Shown: in pieces, positions 10,761 to 19,348 of the stretch
Numbering within the stretch: position 1 is the stretch's first letter
How the letters are laid out: each line of letters begins with the position of its first letter
Source of the DNA: an uncultured Acidobacteriaceae bacterium
Lineage (GTDB): Bacteria; Acidobacteriota; Terriglobia; Terriglobales; Acidobacteriaceae
DNA: 64,000 bases
Assembly (NCBI GenBank): GCA_963839215.1
Contig: CAWITZ010000006.1
Coordinates: 46,482 to 110,481 of the forward strand
Direction: 5' to 3'
Notes under the pieces: model-generated
What the model saw: the letters and a program-made list of their open reading frames with translations, nothing else
What the model was told of the DNA's origin: nothing
Databases searched by the model: none
Made by a program: the position numbers and the translations under genes

Positions 10761-11294
10761 TCACCATGCAGGAATAGTGCTATTCCATACCCAAAGGCAT
10801 ACCGTAACCGTCCCGGGAGTAACCGGATAGATTTGCTGTCCCACCCTACGCAGCGGCTGCAACGGATCGTGCATCAGGCTCGGGCTGACGTAGGATTCGC
10901 TCATTTTTTCCTTGACGTTATGCGCCAGTTTTTCAATGCTGGCAAGTTTCCGAAGCTGCTGCGAGGTCAATGACGAGGGAGCGCTCGAAGAGATTTCGGC
11001 ATTGAGTTCCTGGGTAAGCTTGAGGAGCTTCTTGGTGTCGGAAACCAGGGCCTTTTGCCGTGCTTCGTTGAGGGCTTTCAACTGCTTTTCAGCAAAGACG
11101 GAGTCCTGCTCTCCGAAGGGCGAATCCGTTGAGCCGCGTCCCCGGGCCTGGCTAAGCACGTGAGCCGCGCGTTCGTTGCCACCCGGCGGTTTGCTGCCCC
11201 GGAGACACAACGAAGGCGAACCCCAGCACCGCAGCAAGCAATGGCAATGCCACGCGGCCTGCGCGACGACCCTGCATTTGAAGAAACTACGCAT
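10761..11294 (-). CDS. Small secreted helical hypothetical protein, paralog B (N-terminus probably frameshifted)
   Basis: Core RQKALVSDTKKLLKLTQELNAEISS...LRKLASIEKLAHNVKEKM. An alternative frame near the 5' end gives a signal-peptide-like AGRVALPLLAAVLGFAFVVSPG. Confidence 0.6.
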   Translation of the reverse strand: MRSFFKCRVVAQAAWHCHCLLRCWGSPSLCLRGSKPPGGNERAAHVLSQARGRGSTDSPFGEQDSVFAEKQLKALNEARQKALVSDTKKLLKLTQELNAEISSSAPSSLTSQQLRKLASIEKLAHNVKEKMSESYVSPSLMHDPLQPLRRVGQQIYPVTPGTVTVCLWVWNSTIPAW

Positions 11295-11358
11295 TTCGTT
11301 CTTCCCCGAAGGCCGGATAAGGCTCAAAAGAAACGCAGCCTCGGACGGCAATGAACGG

Positions 11359-11754
11359 CTATTCGCGCATCTTGTCCTTGACGCGCGCGCAAGCTCTCGA
11401 TTTCACCGGCCTTGCGAATTACGCCGAGCGAGAGCATGTCCTTGTTTGTTTTATCCACTTCAGCTTTAGGGACTCGGCAAGAGTCAGCAGCCTCGCGGTG
11501 TCCTCTGATATTTCCTGCCGGCGCTCGGCAACCAGGGGATCGACCAGAGCCGGCGCGCCCGCAAGCAGGCTGCTGTGCCGAACCCCGGACTCGGCAGGAG
11601 TAAGCGCATGCTGGCCGGACTGCGCCGCGCCGGCAAGAAGCACAATCGACGCCAGCGATACGAAGCCCAGGGAAGCTGAAACCGTAAGATGTGATTGCGG
11701 ACGGATTGCCGCCCGGATGGGAAGGCTTTGGTTTGACTGCCGGTTCGAATCCAC
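11359..11754 (-). CDS. Small secreted helical hypothetical protein, paralog A (about 2 frameshifts)
   Basis: GAGGAGG RBS then GTG 11754. Hydrophobic LGFVSLASIVLLAGAA. Core RRQEISEDTARLLTLAESLK continues in a shifted frame as AEVDKTNKDMLSLGVIRKAGEIES...VKDKMRE, stop 11359-11361. Confidence 0.6.
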
Positions 11755-11915
11755 GGAACCCTCCTCGTTGGCGTCCTGGTTGGCTTCCTGAACCCCTAAA
11801 CCGTTGAGATGCGCGATTTTCGTTGCCGGACGGAGCCTTGGGTCTTTCGAACGGCGTCTTGGGGTCCTACAGACCGCTCATGCGCACAGTATAGATAGAA
11901 AGAGGAGATCTTTGC

Positions 11916-12944
11916 ATGCCACCATTTTGGTTAGCGGCCCTCGCAAGTTTGATAACACCACACCAGTTCATGGATAAGGTGACGGACGAATGGATGGTCG
12001 ACATCCAGGAATTTGTCCGGCTGAAGCTGCCGCATTTGATCGGCGTTGCAATCATCGCCATTATTCTCAACTGGTTGCTTCGGCTCATCTCGTCGCGCAC
12101 GATCAAGGTGGCCGAAGCGCACGCGGCAACGCGGGGGCGCGCGGCACAGGTAAAAACGCTGGTCCAGGTGATCCGCACCACGGGGCTGGCAATCATCGGG
12201 GCGATCGTTGGTCTGCAGTTTCTGGATGCGCTCGGTGTGGATCTGGGCCCGCTGCTGGCTTCTGCAGGCATTGCAGGTGTCGCGATTGGCCTGGCTGCAC
12301 AGAACCTGGTGAAAGATATGCTGAACGGCACGCTGATCCTGATTGAGGCACAGTTCAGCGTGGGCGACACGGTAACGATTGCGGGCATTACCGGCAAGGT
12401 GGAGTGGATGACGCTGCGCAAGACGACGGTGCGCGGCGGCGACGGAACGCTGTACGTGGTGCCCAACTCGCAGATCACGACGGTGGCGAACCAGAGTGCG
12501 GACTTCTCAGTGGCAACAGTCAACGTGAGCGTGGATTACTCTGTGGACCCGGAGAAAGCGATCGCGCTGCTGAAGAAAGTTGCAATGGATGTCCGGACCA
12601 GTCCGCAGTTCAAGGAGGACTTTGTCGACGATCCTGTGATTCTTGGCGTGGATTCGATTCGCGGTTCGCAGATGATTATCCCAGTGCAACTGAAGACGAT
12701 TGCGACCAAACAGTTCGCACCGATGCGCGAGTTTCAGCGGCAGGTGCGGAATGCCCTCGAAGACAATCACATGCTGCCGGGAGATCCGAATCGCGTTTTC
12801 AATTCATTTTTCGATCCGGCGACCGGCGCGCAGATCGTTGCGCACACGACGGCGCCCGTGCGGCAAGTGAGCGCGGGAGTCGCGCCGGAGAAAGACCCTA
12901 CGACGATCAAGCCCGAGGAATCGAACCCCTTCAGCGGGAGTTAA
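11916..12944 (+). CDS. mscS: Small-conductance mechanosensitive channel (MscS family)
   Basis: LLASAGIAGVAIGLAAQNLVKD, QFSVGDTVTI, GKVEWMTLRKT, VPNSQIT. AGAGGAG RBS. Confidence 0.92.
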   Translation: MPPFWLAALASLITPHQFMDKVTDEWMVDIQEFVRLKLPHLIGVAIIAIILNWLLRLISSRTIKVAEAHAATRGRAAQVKTLVQVIRTTGLAIIGAIVGLQFLDALGVDLGPLLASAGIAGVAIGLAAQNLVKDMLNGTLILIEAQFSVGDTVTIAGITGKVEWMTLRKTTVRGGDGTLYVVPNSQITTVANQSADFSVATVNVSVDYSVDPEKAIALLKKVAMDVRTSPQFKEDFVDDPVILGVDSIRGSQMIIPVQLKTIATKQFAPMREFQRQVRNALEDNHMLPGDPNRVFNSFFDPATGAQIVAHTTAPVRQVSAGVAPEKDPTTIKPEESNPFSGS

Positions 12945-12952
12945 CGCGGCCC

Positions 12953-15107
12953 TCAGGCAGGAGAGTTGAGGTCGTGCAGAAGAACGTCGGCATCGGTTAT
13001 CGGCGGCAGACAGGTGCGGCCGCGGCAGAGCATGGCCCAGGCGGATGCGCCTTCAGGAGCGGGCATGCTCAACAAGGTCTCGGCGAGAGCAGGCGGAAGT
13101 CCATCCGCGGTAAGCTGCGACGGCGCGAGACGGATGACTGTCTTGTTGACCGCGAAGCCGGAGAGCGCGGTGGCTTCAAGACGGTCAGCTCCGGGGTCAG
13201 CGTGGGGGCCATCGCCGACGATAACGACCTGGATTGGATCGAGCAGCAGCCGCTCGAGCGCGAGGCCGTAACTGCCTGCGTAGAGGCCGAAGTGCTCAAC
13301 GATGCCGGCGAAGGATTCAAGGGTGTCTTCGGCTATGTCGCGATATTCTGCCCGGCCCGAGAGCGATTCAAGACGCAGGAGCGCGGAGGTGGCGGTGGGA
13401 TTTCCGGCAGGCGTTGGAGAATCCTGCAGAGGCTTGCGCCGAGCGCCAAGCGCGCCAAGAACGGGGGCACCGTCCGATGGCTCGGCGGCATCGTAGAAAG
13501 CTCCCGCAGTGCGATCGTAGAAGCGGGAGATCATGGCATCGGCGAGTTTGATGGCCGCGTGGTAGAAGCGCATCTCACCCCCGGCCAGCCACCCATCGAT
13601 GCAGGCATGCACTGTGAAGGCGTAGTCATCGAGCGTGCCGGGAATACGCTGCGGCGGCGGCGCCCCCTGGGGATAGGCGATGACGTGGTAGAGGCTGCTG
13701 TTGCCGTCCCACGCTTCATTGAGGAGACGATTCAGGGTGAGCAGAGCGAAGTTTTGCGTGGTTGCGGTACGGAGAACGCGCGCGGTCTCGAGATAAGCGG
13801 TAACGGCCATCGCGTTCCAGCCTGTGTAAAGCGTCTGATCAATAAATGGCGTAGGCCGCGTGATGCGTGAGGTGAGCAGCTTGCGATGCGCGGAACCGAT
13901 AAGAGAGCGCGCTTCTTCAAGAGGCTTGCCGGTCCGTGCCGCAACTTCGTCGAGGGAGTGGTTGCGATGGAGAACATTGCGCGCGGGATTGTGGTGCATG
14001 TCGCCGAGCTCGCCGATGTCCCAGTAGAGCGAGGCGATGGCGAGTTCATCGGCGGTGAGCAGCGGCCTGGCCTCATCGAGGGTCCAGGTGAAATAGTCTC
14101 CGTCGTCATCGAGGTTGATGTCGGCATCCTGCGAGGCGTAGAAGCCACCGCGTTCGCGATCGGTCATTACTGCATCGAGCCATGCAACGATTTCGAGCGC
14201 AGTCTGCCGGAAGTCCTCACGCACGAAGCTCTGGAAGCCGTGCACGTAGTTGCGCAGTAGCTCGGTATTGTCATAGAGCATCTTTTCAAAGTGCGGCACG
14301 ACCCAGCGTTCATCGACGCTGTAGCGATGGAAACCGCCGGCGAGCTGATCGTAGACTCCGCCGCGCGCCATTTTTTCGAGCGTCACAGTGAAGGCGGTTC
14401 GGGCTTCATTGTTGCCGCGATTCATGGCGATCTCAAGAAGCAGATCAAGGGCTGCGGGATGGGGAAACTTGGGCTGCGAGCCGAAGCCGCCGTTGCGTGC
14501 GTCGAATTGCGCAAGACGCAGATGCGACGATCTTATCGACGAGGCTTAAAGTAAGTTCACCGCCGCGGCCTGAAAAGCTTTCATTGTGCTCAATAGCGCC
14601 CATGACGCTGGCGGCGGACTCAAGAGCTTCTTCGCGGCGTTCGCGCCAGACCTGCGCCATGGTAAGCAGCACTCGCCCAAAGCCGGGGCGGCCGTAGCGA
14701 TCGTCGCGCGGGAAGTAAGTTCCGCCGAAGTAAGGGCGGCCATCGGGTGTGAGAAATGCAGTGAGAGGCCAACCGCCCTGTCCGCTGATCGCCGAAACGG
14801 CAGCCTGGTAGCGCACATCCACGTCGGGGCGTTCATCGCGATCGACCTTGATGGCAATGTAGTGCTCATTGATGACGCGGGCCAACTCGGCATCCTCGTA
14901 GGATTCGCGATCCATGACGTGGCACCAGTGGCACCAGACGGCACCGATGTCGAGCAGAATTGGCTTGTTTTGAGACTGTGCCCGTTCAAAGGCCTCACTG
15001 CCCCATGGGTGCCACTGCACCGGCTGATGGCCCGCCGAGCGAAGGTAGGACGACGCTGCGTTTTCAAGCTGATTGGCGGTACCGGCAGGCGAAGAGTGAG
15101 ACGACAT
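12953..15107 (-). CDS. YyaL/SPATA20-like thioredoxin-domain + (alpha/alpha)6 protein (frameshift near 14520)
   Basis: NQLENAASSYLRSAGHQPVQWHPWG, WCHWCHVMDRESYE, KVDRDERPDVD, GGWPLTAFL. After the shift: GGFGSQPKFP, GGFHRYSVDERWVVPHFEKMLYDN, GGFYASQDAD. Confidence 0.92.
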
Positions 15108-15180
15108 GGGCTGAGGATACATGGGGAGTGCGGAGAGTTGCCAGTTTCCAGGTGCTATCTGATTGATGCGGCGAGGAAAT

Positions 15181-15246
15181 GCAGGTCCTTCGCTTACCAC
15201 CCCCAGGCTGAAGAAAGCGCCTGGGGCCCCGTTCGCTCAGGATGAC
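15181..15246. repeat. REP-like nested palindromic element
   Basis: gcaggtccttcgcttaccac-ccccaggc(15201-15208)...gcctgggg(15219-15226)-ccccgttcgctcaggatgaca. Perfect 8-bp inner stem; the cgctcaggatgaca end is typical of bacterial REP-type repeats (recalled). Confidence 0.65.
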
Positions 15247-15274
15247 ACACGAGGTTGGTTGAGGTTCGTGCTTT

Positions 15275-15306
15275 CCCTGGTCTCAGAAGCGAGACCAGGG
15301 GCACCC
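15275..15306. repeat. Acidobacterial-type palindromic intergenic repeat
   Basis: CCCTGGTCTC-agaagc-GAGACCAGGG followed by GCACCC. Perfect 10-bp stem. Resembles the 'ggtctcagaagcgagacc..ggcaccc' repeats I recall from Acidobacteriaceae. Confidence 0.7.
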
Positions 15307-15331
15307 GTTTCGCACGGGTTGATGCGGGGCT

Positions 15332-15886
15332 TCAGCTTTTTGCGAGCTCTGCCTCGATGGCGGCAACGAGCTCAGGCGCGTCTGGAGAAGTATCCGGCGA
15401 AAAACGCTTGACGATTTCACCGGAGCGGCTCACGAGAAATTTCTCGAAGTTCCAAAGAATCTCGGGCGCGGGCAGCGTCTCAATGCCGTAGCCCTTGAGC
15501 TTTTCAGCGAACGGGACCTCGGCGGAGCTTGCGGCCACGGGCTGCGCTGCGATGAGCTTCGCGTAGAGGGGATGCTTCTGCGGGCCAACAACGGTGATCT
15601 TGCTGAAGATGGGAAACTGCACGCCGTAGTTGGTTGTGCAGAATTCCATGATCTCGGCTTCGCTGCCCGGCTCCTGGCTGCGAAAGTCGTTGGCGGGAAA
15701 GGCGGCGATGACGAGGCCCTGACCGCGGAATTGCTCGTAGACCTTCTCAAGGGTTTCGTACTGGGGAGTGAGGCCGCACTTTGAAGCAACGTTGACGACG
15801 AGAATCACTTTCTGCCTGAACTGGCCGAGAGATGCGGGTTCGCCGCTGATTGTGTGGAGGGGAATGTCGTAGATCGATGCAGTCAT
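15332..15886 (-). CDS. gpx: Glutathione peroxidase family protein
   Basis: VVNVASKCGLTPQYETLE, FPANDFRSQEPG, WNFEKFLV. Confidence 0.95.
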   Translation of the reverse strand: MTASIYDIPLHTISGEPASLGQFRQKVILVVNVASKCGLTPQYETLEKVYEQFRGQGLVIAAFPANDFRSQEPGSEAEIMEFCTTNYGVQFPIFSKITVVGPQKHPLYAKLIAAQPVAASSAEVPFAEKLKGYGIETLPAPEILWNFEKFLVSRSGEIVKRFSPDTSPDAPELVAAIEAELAKS

Positions 15887-15915
15887 GAAGTCTCCATGGA
15901 TGGTGAGGGGGATGT

Positions 15916-16950
15916 TCAGGCGAGAAGTTGGCGAGCCACTTTGATGTACAACTCGACGGCGTCGAGCAGCTCTTTTTTTGCGAGTTTCTCAAAAGGGGTG
16001 TGGGCTACGTGGATGGAACCCGGACCGAGCAAAAGCGGCTCGCCCCAGTTGGAAAGCTGGGGAATGTCGGTGGTGAATTTGGCGATCATGGTGGGCAGGC
16101 CCTCGACGGCACGCATGCGGACGAAGGGAATGTCGAGGGTGAAGTTGACGTCTGCAAGGCCTTCGGCTGCGTTAAGCACTGCCGCACGGACGGGTGCGGA
16201 ATCGCCGACCAGACGAATGAGTACCTGCGCCTCGGCTTTGTCTGCAATGACATTGGGTGCGTGGCCGCCACGGATCTGGCCAATGTTGAGCGTGCCCGGG
16301 CCAACATCTTCGGCGACCGGCAGATCGAGCGCGAGCAGCTTGCCGAGCACCTGCACGAGTTTGTGCACGGCGCTGTCGCCAAGCTCGGGATACGCAGAAT
16401 GGGCCATCTTTCCGGAAGCGGTGAGCACGGTGCGCAGGGCGCCCTTGGAAGCGAGGGCGAGGCGATTGTCAGTGGGCTCGCCGTTGATGAGGAAGCGGCT
16501 GCCTTTGGGGGATTCGTTGGCCACCTTCGCGCCGGCTGAGTCACGCTCTTCTCCGCTGACGAAGAGCAGGCCTACGCGAAAGCCCTCGGCCCGCAGGGCC
16601 TCGGCTGCGGCCACCTGCGCGGCGATGATGCCTTTGGCATCGCTGACGCCGCGGCCGTACATGAAGTCGGCGTCTTCGCGGAAAGGGATGTAGGGCGGCA
16701 CCGTGTCCATGTGCGTGGAGAAGACAAGGTCAGGGGTCTGGCCGGGAATGCAGCCATAGACGTTCCAGCGCGCACCGGCAGAGTCGCTGTCCGGCGGCTG
16801 GGGAACCGGCGTTTTCTCCACCGCCCAGGCTCGGCTGGCCAGAGTCTCGGCGAGGAAATCGCCGACGGCGCCTTCGTGGTAGGTGGTGGATTCGATTTCA
16901 ACCAGCTGCCGCGTAAACCGGATGGGATCAATGGGCTGCAGTTCGAACAT
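15916..16950 (-). CDS. M20/M25/M40 metallo-hydrolase (ArgE/DapE-like)
   Basis: STHMDTVPP, YGRGVSDAKG, VSGEERDSAGA, INGEPT, GKMAHSAYPELG, GPGSIHVAHT. Confidence 0.9.
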   Translation of the reverse strand: MFELQPIDPIRFTRQLVEIESTTYHEGAVGDFLAETLASRAWAVEKTPVPQPPDSDSAGARWNVYGCIPGQTPDLVFSTHMDTVPPYIPFREDADFMYGRGVSDAKGIIAAQVAAAEALRAEGFRVGLLFVSGEERDSAGAKVANESPKGSRFLINGEPTDNRLALASKGALRTVLTASGKMAHSAYPELGDSAVHKLVQVLGKLLALDLPVAEDVGPGTLNIGQIRGGHAPNVIADKAEAQVLIRLVGDSAPVRAAVLNAAEGLADVNFTLDIPFVRMRAVEGLPTMIAKFTTDIPQLSNWGEPLLLGPGSIHVAHTPFEKLAKKELLDAVELYIKVARQLLA

Positions 16951-17102
16951 GATGCTGCCAGAATACCTTACGGGTTGCTCTCGCCGACCCTGCGCCGAAG
17001 CGGGATGGTTCGCGGATGGATGGAAAGCGATCCTAGAGCGATTTACTTCAGGTCAATTCTGCGTTCATGCGGCGTTAAAGTTTGCGTAGAATAGACCGTG
17101 GA

Positions 17103-17819
17103 ATGATCTCCACACCCGCACCCGTTCAGCCGGTTTCAGAAGCCAGGCACTCAATGCTGCGCAGCGTTGAGTTGACCGGACACGCGGGACGGCTGGAAGC
17201 GCTTCTTAACGAGGGAGCTGCGGATGCCCCGTACGCTGCGCTGGTTTGTCATCCCCACCCAAAGGGCGGGGGCACCATGCACAACAAGGTGGTGTACCAC
17301 GCGATGAAGGCGCTGAACGCGCCGGAATTCGGGCTGGGTTGGCCGGTGCTGCGATTCAACTTTCGCGGCACGGGCCTGAGCGCGGGCACGCACGACGGGC
17401 ACGCGGAGAGTGAAGACGTTCTGGCTGCGATTGACTGGCTAAGGCGCGAGTACTCGCGCCCGGTCGTTGTTGTGGGGTTCAGCTTCGGAGCCGCCATGGC
17501 ATTACAGGCCTGTTGCAGCAAACACAAAGCCGATGACGCCAACCCAGAAGTGCGCGCCATGATTGCCCTTGGATTGCCGCTACAAGCCGAAGGGCGACAG
17601 TATCAATACTCCTTTCTTCATTGCTGTTTTCTCCCTAAACTGTTTCTCAGCGGGGACTGCGACCAGTACGCTCCTGCTGCGGATTTAAGACGTGTGGCCG
17701 CCACCACGGCCGAACCCAAAAAGTTGGTGCTCCTACCCGGCGCCGATCACTTTTTTGCCGGCCAGCTCACGGCGATGCAGAACACAATCGCCGACTGGCT
17801 TCTGGAGCAACTTAGATGA
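17103..17819 (+). CDS. Alpha/beta-fold hydrolase
   Basis: CHPHPKGGGTMHNKVV, LRFNFRGTGLSAG, GFSFGA nucleophile elbow, GDCDQY, ADHFF. Confidence 0.9.
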   Translation: MISTPAPVQPVSEARHSMLRSVELTGHAGRLEALLNEGAADAPYAALVCHPHPKGGGTMHNKVVYHAMKALNAPEFGLGWPVLRFNFRGTGLSAGTHDGHAESEDVLAAIDWLRREYSRPVVVVGFSFGAAMALQACCSKHKADDANPEVRAMIALGLPLQAEGRQYQYSFLHCCFLPKLFLSGDCDQYAPAADLRRVAATTAEPKKLVLLPGADHFFAGQLTAMQNTIADWLLEQLR

Positions 17820-19270
17820 CCCCAGTGAGCGGCGACACTGCTCTGGACTCCCTGCACGCCGAGGCAACCGAAATCTTTACGGGAGCGCTTGAGGCATGCA
17901 ACATCGAATCGGCCTTTGACCGGCGAATTCGCTTCGAGAACAGCACGATGCATCGCCTGCTAGCGGACGGCAGCGGGCCGGAGTCCATCAACCTGCTGGC
18001 CTACCGGCGCGTTTTTGTGATTGCGCTGGGCAAGGCCGCAGGCCCGATGCTCGATGTGCTGCTGGACCGGATGAAACGGCGCAAGGGACTGCGCGGCATC
18101 TGTTGTACCAAATATCCGCCGAAGAAACGCAACTGGCGCATCCGCTACTTTGAAGGCGGCCACCCGCTGCCGAATGAGGACTCGTTTGCCGCAGCGAAGG
18201 CCACGCTGGCACTGCTCAAAAAGGCGCGCAAAGACACGATTGTCTTCTTCCTGATTTCAGGCGGGGGCTCGGCGATGTTTGATCTGCCGATCGATCCGCA
18301 GATTTCTCTGGCGGAGACAATTGCGTTTCACGAAGCGCTGCTGGCCTCAGGCGCGCCGATTAACGAAGTCAACACGCTGCGCAAGCACTTCTCCGCGGTG
18401 AAGGGCGGACGGCTGGCGATGGCGGCGCCGGATGCAATGAAGGTGTCGTTGCTACTGCCGGATGTGCCGTTGCGCTCGCTCGATGCGCTGTCTTCGGGAC
18501 CAAGCACGCCGGACCACTCCACCGTTGCGGATGCGCGGGCGGTGCTGGCGAAGTACAACCTGAAACCGAAGCTGCCGAAGAAGGTGACAACCTTTTTTGA
18601 GCGCGAGGATCTGCCGGAATCCCCCGGGAACAAGAGCCGCAGGCCAGCATTTCTGCCGCGCCTGACGCGACCAGGACAAGCCCGCACGATAACGACGGCG
18701 GTTGCGCTCTCCGGGGAGAATGAAGCCTTTCGCGATTCAGTTTTCGAGGTGCTGCTTTCGACCCACGACCTAGTGGAGAATGCGCGCACGCTCGCGCAGA
18801 ATGCCGGATTTTTTGTGGCGGTGGACAATAGCTGCGATGACTGGGATTACGCAGCGGCAGCGCGCTACCTGATGGAGCGGTTCCGCGAACTGCGCACTCA
18901 TCACGCCCGGGTGTGCCTGATCTCCGTGGGCGAGGTAACGGTGACGATTGACCGGACACCAGGCGCCGGGGGCCGCAACCAGCAGTTTGCGCTGGCGTGC
19001 GCGGCAGAGTTGGCGCAGCACAACGGAAAGCGACTGACGGTGCTGAGCGCAGGCACCGATGGCATTGACGGAAATACAAAGAATGCTGGGGCCATTGCCG
19101 ATCCCACGACGATTGAACGGGCGCGCGCCTTCGGCTTCGATCCGGAAGAAGCGATGCGAGCCTTCAGTACCTGCCCGCTGTTTACCGCGCTGGGAGATGC
19201 GGTGGTGACGGGACCAACGGGCCACAACCTGCGTGATATGCGGCTGCTGATGGCCGATAAGGATGCTTAA
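17816..19270 (+). CDS. Glycerate kinase type 2 (DUF4147 + MOFRL)
   Basis: IALGKAA, GGHPLP, LISGGGSAM, NTLRKHFSAVKGGRLA, GGRNQQFALA, AGTDGIDG, TGPTGHNLRD. ATGA overlap with the upstream hydrolase. Confidence 0.92.
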   Translation: MTPVSGDTALDSLHAEATEIFTGALEACNIESAFDRRIRFENSTMHRLLADGSGPESINLLAYRRVFVIALGKAAGPMLDVLLDRMKRRKGLRGICCTKYPPKKRNWRIRYFEGGHPLPNEDSFAAAKATLALLKKARKDTIVFFLISGGGSAMFDLPIDPQISLAETIAFHEALLASGAPINEVNTLRKHFSAVKGGRLAMAAPDAMKVSLLLPDVPLRSLDALSSGPSTPDHSTVADARAVLAKYNLKPKLPKKVTTFFEREDLPESPGNKSRRPAFLPRLTRPGQARTITTAVALSGENEAFRDSVFEVLLSTHDLVENARTLAQNAGFFVAVDNSCDDWDYAAAARYLMERFRELRTHHARVCLISVGEVTVTIDRTPGAGGRNQQFALACAAELAQHNGKRLTVLSAGTDGIDGNTKNAGAIADPTTIERARAFGFDPEEAMRAFSTCPLFTALGDAVVTGPTGHNLRDMRLLMADKDA

Positions 19271-19348
19271 CTAAGGGGCCTCTCCGAGCACGGAAGAGGC
19301 CAGCGCGTGGATTCTTGTTCAGGCTCCGCCCGGGCTCGGGAAGTTGCC

